From assembly GCA_964395425.1 (NCBI GenBank), contig CAYNDD010000001.1, forward strand, positions 63 to 64,062: 64,000 bases of DNA. Direction: 5' to 3'. Origin of the DNA: an uncultured Frankiaceae bacterium (lineage in GTDB: Bacteria; Actinomycetota; Actinomycetes; JAFAQI01). This document shows, in pieces, positions 38,001 through 46,532 of this stretch; position 1 is the first letter of the stretch, and every line of letters begins with the position of its first letter. Position numbers and translations under genes: made by a program. The notes under the pieces were generated by a model. The model worked only from the letters and a program-made list of their open reading frames with translations. It did not search any database and was not told where the DNA came from.

Positions 38001-38531
38001 TCACGGAGTGCCACCACCCGCCGGTAGTGAGTTAAGGACGCCCGTCATCTGCGCAACCGTTCGGTCCGCTAGCCGCTCGAGGCTCGACCTCAAGAACGGC
38101 GCGACGAGCGCCGCCACACCATGGAAATCGAACGTCGCAGCGTAGGTGATCGAGGTCGACGAGCCGTCGGGCGTAAAGGTCAGGTCGTCGGTGGAGGTGA
38201 CGGTCTTGTTGCGACCCGTGAAGACAAGGTGGCGGCCAGCCTCGGTGTGGCTCAGTTCGTAGTCCAGCTCGGTCTGACGGCCGCGGAACTCCGAGACATT
38301 GTGGAAGCGTGCACCGACCTCGAGCGGGCCGTCATCAATGCGTGTCGTCCGGATTGTGCCCGGGTCCCAGCGCTCGGTGTTGGTGAAGTCGACCAGGAAG
38401 TCATACACCTCTGCCGGCGAACGGTCGACCGTGAACCTGCGGCTGACCCTCAACACCGGGGCGCCCTCCGGGACCTGAAGCCGAGCCTCGGCCAGCGGCG
38501 CTGTCCTCGACGGCACGGCGAGTGCTCTCAA
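38001..38531 (-). CDS. SRPBCC (polyketide cyclase/dehydrase-like) family protein.
   Basis: 176-aa ORF with SRPBCC-like pattern: SRRFTVDRSPAEVYDFLVDFTNTERWDP. Confidence 0.6.
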   Translation of the reverse strand: MRALAVPSRTAPLAEARLQVPEGAPVLRVSRRFTVDRSPAEVYDFLVDFTNTERWDPGTIRTTRIDDGPLEVGARFHNVSEFRGRQTELDYELSHTEAGRHLVFTGRNKTVTSTDDLTFTPDGSSTSITYAATFDFHGVAALVAPFLRSSLERLADRTVAQMTGVLNSLPAGGGTP

Positions 38532-38758
38532 CCTTATCCGTCACGACTCATGGCCCCTAGCCGCCGTCGTCGACGAAACGCGGTGGCCCTGCTGGTGATC
38601 GCCGGCTCGCGGTCTTGTCCAGCTCACCCGGTGGCCTGGCGTCTGGCTCGGAGTGCAGATGGGGATGGTTGCCGTCGCGGTGGAGGTGGTCGGTGTCCGG
38701 ATATGCATGGACGTCCGACCACAAGGATCGGCGCCGCTCGTCGCCGCTCGGCCAGCGG

Positions 38759-39133
38759 TCAGCTCTTGCGGGTCGAACGCCGCGTGGCGTTTGACGCGGT
38801 CCGCTTCGGGGGTCTGGTCGCTGAGATCGGTGCGGTCCTCAGCCACTGATGCTCCTTCCTCTCTGCCCGAAGTTCGGCGTTTTGTGCTTCCAGGTCCAAG
38901 ACCATGGCGATCCCGGCAAGGTTCAACCCCGCTTCAAGAAGGTCGCCGATGTGTCGGAGCCGGTCGAGGTCCTCGGCGCTGTATCGGCGGGTACCGCCCT
39001 CGGTGCGGGTCGGTGCGAGCAACCCCCGGGACTCATACAGACGGAGGTTCTGCACTCCGATGCCCACCAGCTCGGAAGCGACCGAGATGCCATAGACACC
39101 GCGGTCGCCGGCCGGACTGGGCACTCCCGCCAT
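38759..39133 (-). CDS. MerR family regulator, HspR-like heat-shock repressor.
   Basis: YGISVASELVGIGVQNLRLYESRGLLAPTRTEGGTRRYSAEDLDRLRHIGDLLEAGLNLAGIAMVLDLE is collinear with mycobacterial HspR. Confidence 0.8.
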   Translation of the reverse strand: MAGVPSPAGDRGVYGISVASELVGIGVQNLRLYESRGLLAPTRTEGGTRRYSAEDLDRLRHIGDLLEAGLNLAGIAMVLDLEAQNAELRAERKEHQWLRTAPISATRPPKRTASNATRRSTRKS

Positions 39134-39214
39134 GAGCCGTCCTTCCGCCAGCAGTCACGCAAAATCACTCTTGCGATAGCATCCCACATGTGGTAAAAGA
39201 AATCTATAGCGTAT

Positions 39215-39238
39215 GCCATAGATAACCTGGTCTATGGC
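39215..39238. promoter_or_regulatory. 8-N8-8 inverted repeat GCCATAGA-taacctgg-TCTATGGC between the divergent hspR-like and hsp20 genes; candidate operator. A CACATGTG palindrome lies 25 nt upstream.
   Basis: Read directly from the sequence. It sits in an AT-rich patch of the divergent promoter region. It does not match the canonical HAIR consensus CTTGAGT-N7-ACTCAAG. Confidence 0.4.
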
Positions 39239-39266
39239 CCTACCTGGAGCATCACGAGAGGAGACG

Positions 39267-39713
39267 ATGGAGGTGGACACGATGCTGATGCGCACTGACC
39301 CGTTCCGTGAACTGGACCGACTCACCCAACAGGTCTTCGGCACCAATGGCACCCTCGCCCGCCCGTCGGTCATGCCGATGGACGCGTGGCGAGACGGCGA
39401 CACCTTCCACGTGGAGTTCGACCTTCCCGGGGTCAATCCGGACTCGATCGACCTCGATGTGGAGCGCAATGTGGTCACCGTCAAGGCGGAGCGGCCGGCC
39501 CGAGCCAGCGACGCCGAGCTGTTGGCGGCCGAACGGCCCCGGGGGGTGTTCAGTCGTCAGCTGGTCCTCGGCGACAACCTCGACACCGAGAAGATCGGCG
39601 CGAGCTACGACGATGGTGTTCTCACCTTGCGGATTCCGGTCGCCGAGCAGGCCAAGCCCCGCAAGATCTCGATCACCAGCAAGGCCGAAGACCGGCAGGC
39701 CATCGACGTCTGA
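39267..39713 (+). CDS. Hsp20 / alpha-crystallin family small heat-shock protein.
   Basis: [20 protein letters not shown]-terminus and an alpha-crystallin domain ([33 protein letters not shown]...GVLTLRIPV). GAGAGGAG RBS before ATG 39267. Confidence 0.85.
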   Translation: MEVDTMLMRTDPFRELDRLTQQVFGTNGTLARPSVMPMDAWRDGDTFHVEFDLPGVNPDSIDLDVERNVVTVKAERPARASDAELLAAERPRGVFSRQLVLGDNLDTEKIGASYDDGVLTLRIPVAEQAKPRKISITSKAEDRQAIDV

Positions 39714-39727
39714 GCGGGTGATGCGCG

Positions 39728-40036
39728 ATGCGAACCCAGACCCTCGACGGCGACCGGTTGGACTGCGCGCGCAGTACCAACGAGCAGTTCCTCGACCTCA
39801 TCTGCCGCGACGTTGAGTTGTTGCGCGCCGAGTTTGACGCCATCATCACCGCGCAATGGCCTGGCTCGCCTGCGGGTCGGCCAGGCTGCGGCGGGTTGAG
39901 GTCTTGGCGCCCGCAGAACTCCCTTCGCGGCGCTATCAGCCGCGCCAATCCGAGGCCAACCGGACCACCGATCCTGCATCGACTGACGGGGTGGCCACGC
40001 CCGCCGCCGACTGAACGCCGCTGTTGCGGCCGTTAG
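39728..40036 (+). CDS. Hypothetical protein (102 aa) downstream of hsp20.
   Basis: ORF only. The C-terminal half is low-complexity and Pro/Arg-rich. Confidence 0.25.
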   Translation: MRTQTLDGDRLDCARSTNEQFLDLICRDVELLRAEFDAIITAQWPGSPAGRPGCGGLRSWRPQNSLRGAISRANPRPTGPPILHRLTGWPRPPPTERRCCGR

Positions 40037-40169
40037 CCCTAGCAGCTCAGTTCTGGCATCAGTCCGACGTGACGCACGCGCAGCACCGACGTTGTGCCGT
40101 TGTGTTCGGAGGTCTCATTGCCGGACCGTGGCCTCGTACCACTTGGGGTCTCCAGTGCGCTCCGCGCAG

Positions 40170-40469
40170 GACTTCCTATTCCTCACCACCCGAGGCCCGC
40201 ATCCGATGCGCGGGAACTTCGGCCGCGACGTCCTCAAAGCCGCCACCGGCAGAGCCGGGCTGGGGGACCGGCACATCACCTGGCTCACCCTGCGGCACAC
40301 CGCCGCATCCCTCATGTTCGACGCCGGAATGACCATCTTCGAAGTCCAACACCGCCTCGGCCACAAAAGCCCGACCATGACCGCCGAGGTCGACACCCAC
40401 CTCATGCGCGAACGATTCAACGAAGGCCGCACCCGACTGGAGACCTACATGAGTGAGCATCGGGATTAG
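40170..40469 (+). pseudogene. Tyrosine recombinase / phage integrase C-terminal fragment, truncated and with the catalytic Tyr replaced.
   Basis: FLFLTTRGPHPMRGNFGRDVLKAATGRAGLG...LRHTAASLMFDAGMTIFEVQHRLGHKSPTMT aligns to the box II region of integrases (LRHT...HRLGH). The expected catalytic Y in the ...YTHL motif is D (EVDTHL). No N-terminal or core-binding domain is present. Confidence 0.6.
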
Positions 40470-40544
40470 CAGCCTCGGGGCACCTGTGACACCCATCATC
40501 CCGATATCCCCACTGAGAGGGTTTAACTGGAGTAGCATTGTCCA

Positions 40545-41348
40545 ATGGCTGCCGGTATCTCATCGACATCTAGGTCAGATCTCGCCCGTCTTACCGGTCG
40601 CGGTCAGCGGTTCATCGTGGTCGCGGACGCCGAGCGCGAGCTTGGATTGGATCGTGAGGGTGCTCGCCGGCGGCTTGTTCGGTGGGCGGAGCAAGGCTGG
40701 CTGCGCCGGGTTCGCCGCGATCTGTATATCCCGGTGCCTGTCGACGCAGAGCACCCTGAGTCATGGGGCGCCGATCCGGTGGTGCTCGCCGATGAGGTGT
40801 GGGGACCGTGTTACGTCTCGGGCTGGACAGCGGCGAACCACTGGGGTCTGAGCGAGCAGAGCTTCCGTACCACGGTGATCAGGACCACCAGACGTGTCCG
40901 GCAATCCACCCAACGATTGTTGGACAATGAATTTCTCCTCGCACACGTCGCGCCGGAGAACATGACTTGGGGACTACGTCGTGAGTGGCGAGACGAGAGG
41001 CGGATCCAGTTCGCCGACCCAGCGAGGACCCTCGTCGACATGCTTGACGATCCCGCGCTCGGCGGCGGCGTTCGATTGGTAACCGAGTGCCTTGGTGCCT
41101 ACCTCGAGAGCGAGGATGTCGGGGCCCTGATAAGCGCTGCGGATCGGCTGGGGAATCGTGCGGTATTCAAGCGGCTCGGTTACCTCGCGGAACAGATCGG
41201 CGCTGAGGAGCACATCCTCGACGCGAGTGAGGCTCGGCTGTCGCAAGGCTTCGCGTTGCTCGACCCGACCCAGTCAACCGGAGGCTCTCGCTCACGACGG
41301 TGGCGGATCGTGGCGAATGTTCAGGTCGACGCGACCGAGCCGTCATGA
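40545..41348 (+). CDS. abiEi: AbiEi family antitoxin / transcriptional regulator (type IV TA, abortive infection).
   Basis: N-terminal wHTH: SDLARLTGRGQRFIVVADAERELGLDREGARRRLVRWAEQGWLRRVRRDLY. The C-terminal domain matches AbiEi_4 architecture. Paired with a DUF1814 toxin gene. Confidence 0.7.
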   Translation: MAAGISSTSRSDLARLTGRGQRFIVVADAERELGLDREGARRRLVRWAEQGWLRRVRRDLYIPVPVDAEHPESWGADPVVLADEVWGPCYVSGWTAANHWGLSEQSFRTTVIRTTRRVRQSTQRLLDNEFLLAHVAPENMTWGLRREWRDERRIQFADPARTLVDMLDDPALGGGVRLVTECLGAYLESEDVGALISAADRLGNRAVFKRLGYLAEQIGAEEHILDASEARLSQGFALLDPTQSTGGSRSRRWRIVANVQVDATEPS

Positions 41349-42316
41349 TCCCTGCCCGCGAGGTGCTCGCACTGCGCACCGAGTGGTCGCTTCGTGCCGA
41401 TGTCATCGAGAAGGACTGGGCCCTGGGATGGGTGCTCGCAGGAATCGCGGCGCACCCGCAATTGTCAACGTGGATCTTCAAAGGCGGGACATGCCTGCGC
41501 AAGTGTTTTTACGAGACCTACAGGTTCTCCGAGGACCTTGACTTCACCGTCGTCGGGGATGGACCGGAAGAGCCCGAAGAAATCATCCCGATCTTCCGGG
41601 AGGTGGCCAGTTGGCTCGCCGATGAAGCCGGTCTCGAGATGCAGATCGACGACCGATCGTTCATTCGACGACGCAACCTGCAAGGCGTGTCCACAACGCT
41701 CGGACGGGTGGCCTACCGGGGGCCGTCAAATCCCCTGACGATGACGACCCCACCAAAGCTGAAGATCGACCTGACCTCCGATGAACTGATCGTGAACCGA
41801 CCAGTTCGACGCGGCGTGATGCACCCGTACTCCGACGCACCACAGCCTCTCGCAGCGATCAACTGCTATTCGATCGTCGATCTGTTAGCCGAGAAACTAC
41901 GCGCGTTGGCGCAACGCTGCAGGCCGCGTGATCTGTACGACGTCGTGTTTCTGTTCCGTCACCCCGACCTGCTCGGGCGCGCGCCGGCCGTCGCTAGTTC
42001 GCTTGCACGCAAGTGCACCCACGTTGGCATCGATCCGCCGACACTGGCCAGCATTCATGCAACGCCTTACCGGGCCGAGGTGGAGACAGAGTGGGCCAAC
42101 ATGCTCGATCATCAGCTTCCGAGCCTGCCGGCGTTCGGTCACGTGTGGGCAGCCTTGGAGGAGCTATTCGGTTGGCTCACAGGACAGATCGCGCTGCCAA
42201 GCCTGCCCCGCGCCGAGTCCAGCGGTCTCACCGACTGGCGCGCGCCACGGTCGATGACTTCCTGGCGCACCGGAGCACCTCTTGAGCTGATCCGCTTCGC
42301 TGGCGCCAACCGCTAA
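41345..42316 (+). CDS. abiEii: AbiEii/AbiGii family nucleotidyltransferase toxin (DUF1814).
   Basis: Hallmark motif FKGGTCLRKCFYETYRFSEDLDFTV (KGGTAL...RFSEDiD). ATGA overlap with abiEi. Confidence 0.8.
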   Translation: MIPAREVLALRTEWSLRADVIEKDWALGWVLAGIAAHPQLSTWIFKGGTCLRKCFYETYRFSEDLDFTVVGDGPEEPEEIIPIFREVASWLADEAGLEMQIDDRSFIRRRNLQGVSTTLGRVAYRGPSNPLTMTTPPKLKIDLTSDELIVNRPVRRGVMHPYSDAPQPLAAINCYSIVDLLAEKLRALAQRCRPRDLYDVVFLFRHPDLLGRAPAVASSLARKCTHVGIDPPTLASIHATPYRAEVETEWANMLDHQLPSLPAFGHVWAALEELFGWLTGQIALPSLPRAESSGLTDWRAPRSMTSWRTGAPLELIRFAGANR

Positions 42317-42522
42317 AGGTCGAGATCGACTACCGACCTGAGACCGGCCGAGCCGGTCGCAGGATCGTGGAGCCCTACTCGTTTCGCCGCACGAGAGACG
42401 GCAACATTGTTCTGCTCGTCATCAACCATCACGGACAGCTGCGCTCCTATCGCACGGACCGTATTGCGGCGGTCTCCGTCACTCGGGATGCATACCGACC
42501 ACGACGCCAGGTCGAGTTCTAG
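42286..42522 (+). pseudogene. Start-less WYL-domain-like fragment immediately downstream of abiEii.
   Basis: Frame +2 relative to abiEii reads (TGA)ADPLRWRQPLKVEIDYRPETGRAGRRIVEPYSFRRTRDGNIVLLVINHHGQLRSYRTDRIAAVSVT. This follows the WYL pattern: xIxYxxxxGxxxxRxVEPYxLxxxxGxWYLxAxxxxxxxxRxFRxDRI. There is no ATG/GTG near its 5' end and no HTH N-domain. Confidence 0.45.
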
Positions 42523-42863
42523 AACCCGGCTTGCCGATCTCGGTGGTAGTCGAGCCCTGGCCCCGGACGCCCAACCTGTCGGATACGCGGACGTCTGGTG
42601 AAAATTCGCGCCGCTGGGCAACGCAGTCCACACGCACGCCGTGGGTGCATTCACCGCAGCCATGGCCGACAGGTACCGCGTCGTCGCCGCTGTCCTGCTG
42701 GTCGCTGCGGCCGGGGTCGGGGAGGGACTTCGACACCCCGCTCGATGGCTCGTGCCGTCAGGCAAGACCGCCATTACGACTGAGGGCGGGTGAGCCGAAG
42801 ACCAGTCGTAGCGGCGGCGGCAGTGGAGGCGTGGACAGTATTCGTCGATCACGGAGCTATAAA

Positions 42864-42897
42864 ACCAGGGTCGGCCTAGGGTCGCGCCCTCGGGACA
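42864..42897 (+). promoter_or_regulatory. Copy 1 of a conserved 34-nt element, ACCAGGGTCGGCCTAGGGTCGCGCCCTCGGGACA, containing tandem GGGTCG half-sites 11 bp apart. It lies 31 nt upstream of the membrane-protein gene.
   Basis: Near-identical copy at 47694-47728 (one indel, three mismatches), in the same orientation and at the same distance from an ATG. Confidence 0.5.
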
Positions 42898-42927
42898 TTC
42901 CGATTGGATTGCCATTGGCTGTGACCC

Positions 42928-43680
42928 ATGGACAGCTCGATCGATTTCGCCAGTCTCAGCAACTCACTCACAGCCGATCCTTCCGATGGTGTCGAGCGGA
43001 TCCATGCGGGTGCGAAGACGCGGTCCCGGCTGCTTGCTATCTCCTTGCCGATTGCCTCCGGGTTGTACGTCGCCGCTGTAGCTCTGAACCCGAAGGGCAC
43101 CGATCAGGTCATTACGAGCATGGCCACGGCGGCCACCCTCCTGTCGATTGCGGGGAAGCACACGACTCAGCTCTACATCTCGGGCGCCCTGACGGTCCTC
43201 GCACTCGGCGCCCTGGCGATCGCATATGCCGCTATCGCGACGCTGGCGAGCAGACGCGGCGCCGGCCTCGCCACGGTCGCCGCAGTCATCGGGATAGTCG
43301 CCAACTTCAGCGGTGCTGTCTACAACGTTCTGGTCGGATTCAACCTCGCCGCTGCGGCCTCGGCACCGATATCGCGTGAGGCAGCTGCTCGGTTCCTGGT
43401 CACAACCTTCGACTCTGGATTCGCGACGGCGTTCTCTTATGTCTATTTCGTTGGCATATACCTTGCGCCGATCCTGATGGGAATCGCCTTGTGGCGTGGC
43501 CGAAGCGTGCCCCGTTGGCTCGCGATCTTCTTCATCCTCGCTCTGGAGGTCGCTCAACAAGCACCAGCCAAGGGCGTTGTTGCGGCCGCCTACACGGTGC
43601 CTTTCATGGTCGTGATGGTGATTCTCGCCACCCGGATATGGCGCTCGTCAGCGCAAGAGCGCAGTGAGCTCTCGTCGTGA
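42928..43680 (+). CDS. Integral membrane protein, about 6 TMS (DUF4386-like), function unknown.
   Basis: 250-aa ORF with six long hydrophobic segments. Its 3' end overlaps the 3' end of the convergent LAL regulator gene by about 33 nt. Confidence 0.55.
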   Translation: MDSSIDFASLSNSLTADPSDGVERIHAGAKTRSRLLAISLPIASGLYVAAVALNPKGTDQVITSMATAATLLSIAGKHTTQLYISGALTVLALGALAIAYAAIATLASRRGAGLATVAAVIGIVANFSGAVYNVLVGFNLAAAASAPISREAAARFLVTTFDSGFATAFSYVYFVGIYLAPILMGIALWRGRSVPRWLAIFFILALEVAQQAPAKGVVAAAYTVPFMVVMVILATRIWRSSAQERSELSS

Positions 43681-46347
43681 GGTGATGTCGAGCTTCATGT
43701 AGCTATTGCGGAGGTGGTATTCAACGGTCTTCACGGACAGGTAGAGCCGGCTGGCCACCTCCCGATTGGTCAGGCCGGTAGCGACGAGTCGGGCGACGGC
43801 GAGCTCGGCGCGGCTCAGGCCGAGGATGGTTGCTGGGCTGGCGGTCGCTGCGCTCACTCGTAAGGTGGCAAGCTCCTCCGCACACGCCTGAACGTAGGGA
43901 TCTGCGCCCATCGCTGAGAAGAAGCGATGCGCGCGCTCCAGCTGTGTGATGGCTGCTGCTGGATTACCCGTCTGGTGCAGGTGTCGGCCGTGATGAAGCC
44001 CTAAGAGTGCATGTTCAAAGGGCATCGACACCTGCGCCTCAATCGCATGCGCCGCAACGAAGGCCTGATCCGCTTGAGTGTCGTTGCCGCGGGCTGCGGC
44101 GAGATTGCCGCGGCAGCGTGCGATGGACACCGCTGCCGAGGCCAGACCGTCGTCAGGGATGGCGTTCTCGAACTCCTCAAGCGCTGATTCGGCCTCGTCA
44201 AAGCGACCTAGTCCGATCAGCGCATCGACCTCGGTCGACCTCCAGTTGAAGACGCCGGGTCGGCCCCCGACGCCCAGCAGGTTGGTCGCGCGGATCCGCT
44301 CGGCCGCGACGAGGACCCCTGGCAGGTCGGTTCGCGATGCTGCGAGAGCCACGGCGGCTGTTCCTGATGCGGCCACGGGGAGAACAAGCGGAAGCCGCTC
44401 AGCGGCCGCCCTCGCGGCAGCGACATGCAGCTGTGCAGCGTCCCACTGGCCGCGGCAGGCCAGGACTTGCGCTGCCCGACCATGTGCCCGAGCCAGGTCG
44501 ACTGGCCGATCATTGTCCTGCGCCAACGACGTCGCGAGCTGGGCGTGCGCCACCGCCGCGTCCCAGTCGCCGCGACGGAAGTGGGCGTCGCTCAGTGCCG
44601 CTAAGCACGGCACCGGATAAGTGGACGGCAACCCCGCCTGCAGGCGCGCCGCGGCGACGCCGAGGTCGGCGATCGCCCCGGCGAGGTCATCCGAGTACAC
44701 CTTGACGATGCCGCGCATGATCAGGGCGTCAGTGGAAGTGAGCGGCACCTCGTTGCCAGCGGCGGGAAGGAAGCTCAGTACGGCAAACCCTTCCGGGCTG
44801 CGGCCGTCGGCCGCGAACGCATAGGCCTGCCCGGTACGCGCCATCGCACGCAACGCTGAACCCTCGACCGTGCCGGCCACCGCACGGTCGGCCCAGACGA
44901 GCGCTTCGTCGGGCCGACCGGAGATCACCATCCAGTTCGTCAACGATGTGGCAGCACGCGCCCCGATATCAGGCTCGGCCACCGGATCGTGGCCGCGCCA
45001 GGCGGCCAACAGACGGTCCTCGGCAGTGAGTGAACCCGTGAAGACCTCCAGCAGCCCAACCAGCGCGTCACGACGAGCGCTCGACACCTGGCAAGACTCA
45101 AGGACCCTCGCCGCCGCCAACGTGTCAGCCGCGTTGAGCAGGATCGCCGCCGCGTCGAGCAAGCGACGCTCCCGGTCAGCCGCACCGGGCGACAGGGCAG
45201 CAGCCTGCTCGATCGCCCAGGCAGCCGCAGCCGAGTCACCGGCCGGCGAGGAGGCGGAGGCAGACGCTTCGAGTTCGGCAGCGAGCGCCTCATCAGGTCC
45301 CACTGTCGCCGCAACCAAGTGCGCGAGCCTGACGCGCCCGGCAACGAGGCCAGCAGCTCGGGCATGCAGCTCGCGACGGCGCGTTGCGGACAGATCAGCG
45401 TAGATCGCGGCCCGGTACAACGGGTGAGCAAAACTCGCCTCGGACCGCAGCGGTCCTTCGGTCAACAGGCCAGCCACGACCGCGTCATCCATCTCGGGCT
45501 GTGCATCAGCGAGCTGCGCCACGGTCGCGATCGCCGAGAGCAATCCGTGCTGACCAACCACCGATGCTGCCCCCAGGAAGGCCTGAGTCGCTGACGAGAG
45601 TGCAGCGACGCGGGCCAGGATGACAGCGGACAGTTCACGCGGCGCCGGCAGGTCACCCTCCCCGGCACGGTTGAGACCTGCGACGCCGATCTCGTCGAGC
45701 AACGCCCGGCAATACAGCGCGTTGCCCCCGGCGTGGACCAACAAGCGCGACGCACCCTGAGCCGACAACGATCCCAGCCCGAGCCGGCTGGCCAGCTCGC
45801 TGAGGTCATCCGCGCTGAGCCCGCCCAGCCTGATCTGAGTCACCCGAGGATCCCCAGCGACGAACCGGGCCCAGCCGGGATCGACCACCTCACCAATTCG
45901 CGTCGACACGATGGTCAGGACTCGATCTGCCCGCAGCCGCCGGAGCGCGAACAGCACGGCACGTGACGATGGCCGGTCAGCCCATTGCAGGTCGTCGATG
46001 CTCAGCACTGCCACGCGCTCGTCGGCTTGCAGGTCGTCGAGCCGGGCCAGCAGCTGCGCCCCGACAGCCATCGGGTCGATCCCCGGATCCGTCGCCCCAG
46101 GCGTGAGTTGGTCGATGACCCCGTAGGAGAGCAGCACCTCCTCTTCGTCGCCGCCAGCCTCGAGGACGACCGCATCCGTCAGTGAACCCAGGAAGCGAGC
46201 GAGCAGGCTCGACTTGCCCGATCCCGGGTCGCCCTCGACATAGACGACCTGCGGGTGACCTTCTCGCGCCGCAGCCAGCCTGTCGTCCAGAACGTGGAGT
46301 TCGGGCAGCCGCCCAACGAAGTCGGCTGGGGCACTCACAACACTCAC
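43648..46347 (-). CDS. Large ATP-binding LuxR-family (LAL) regulator: N-terminal AAA/P-loop NTPase, helical TPR-like middle, C-terminal LuxR HTH.
   Basis: Walker A VVYVEGDPGSGKSSLLARFLG and Walker B VLSIDDLQWAD. About 500 aa of Ala/Leu-rich helical repeats. C-terminal LSRAELAVARLVATGLTNREVASRLYLSVKTVEYHLRNSYMKLDITSRREL. Likely GTG start at 46347 (VSVVSAPADFVGR). Confidence 0.8.
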   Translation of the reverse strand: MSVVSAPADFVGRLPELHVLDDRLAAAREGHPQVVYVEGDPGSGKSSLLARFLGSLTDAVVLEAGGDEEEVLLSYGVIDQLTPGATDPGIDPMAVGAQLLARLDDLQADERVAVLSIDDLQWADRPSSRAVLFALRRLRADRVLTIVSTRIGEVVDPGWARFVAGDPRVTQIRLGGLSADDLSELASRLGLGSLSAQGASRLLVHAGGNALYCRALLDEIGVAGLNRAGEGDLPAPRELSAVILARVAALSSATQAFLGAASVVGQHGLLSAIATVAQLADAQPEMDDAVVAGLLTEGPLRSEASFAHPLYRAAIYADLSATRRRELHARAAGLVAGRVRLAHLVAATVGPDEALAAELEASASASSPAGDSAAAAWAIEQAAALSPGAADRERRLLDAAAILLNAADTLAAARVLESCQVSSARRDALVGLLEVFTGSLTAEDRLLAAWRGHDPVAEPDIGARAATSLTNWMVISGRPDEALVWADRAVAGTVEGSALRAMARTGQAYAFAADGRSPEGFAVLSFLPAAGNEVPLTSTDALIMRGIVKVYSDDLAGAIADLGVAAARLQAGLPSTYPVPCLAALSDAHFRRGDWDAAVAHAQLATSLAQDNDRPVDLARAHGRAAQVLACRGQWDAAQLHVAAARAAAERLPLVLPVAASGTAAVALAASRTDLPGVLVAAERIRATNLLGVGGRPGVFNWRSTEVDALIGLGRFDEAESALEEFENAIPDDGLASAAVSIARCRGNLAAARGNDTQADQAFVAAHAIEAQVSMPFEHALLGLHHGRHLHQTGNPAAAITQLERAHRFFSAMGADPYVQACAEELATLRVSAATASPATILGLSRAELAVARLVATGLTNREVASRLYLSVKTVEYHLRNSYMKLDITSRRELTALLR

Positions 46348-46532
46348 CTGCCGACGCTCTCGTGCAGGACTATTCTCGCGCGTACCGCTCGGACCCTGCG
46401 GGAAGCACAAGCGTACTGATCTCAGCCATCGAGGTGCGGCCGCCAGCCGACGCGGTCGCGATCGGTGAGCACCGGCAAGGGACGATCGTGACCGCCAGCC
46501 GAGGCACGCCGGGCGAATCAGTTCGGTGGCGC

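Noticed and set aside
38541-38846. 101-aa minus-strand ORF overlapping the 3' end of the hspR-like gene.
   Set aside because: Overlaps the MerR regulator by 88 nt in another frame. Thr/Ser/Pro-rich low-complexity product. Likely non-coding.
46182-46532. 117-codon N-terminal extension of the MFS ORF.
   Set aside because: It would overlap the divergent LAL regulator's start region and is low-complexity. Hydrophobic transporter sequence begins at ATG 46533.
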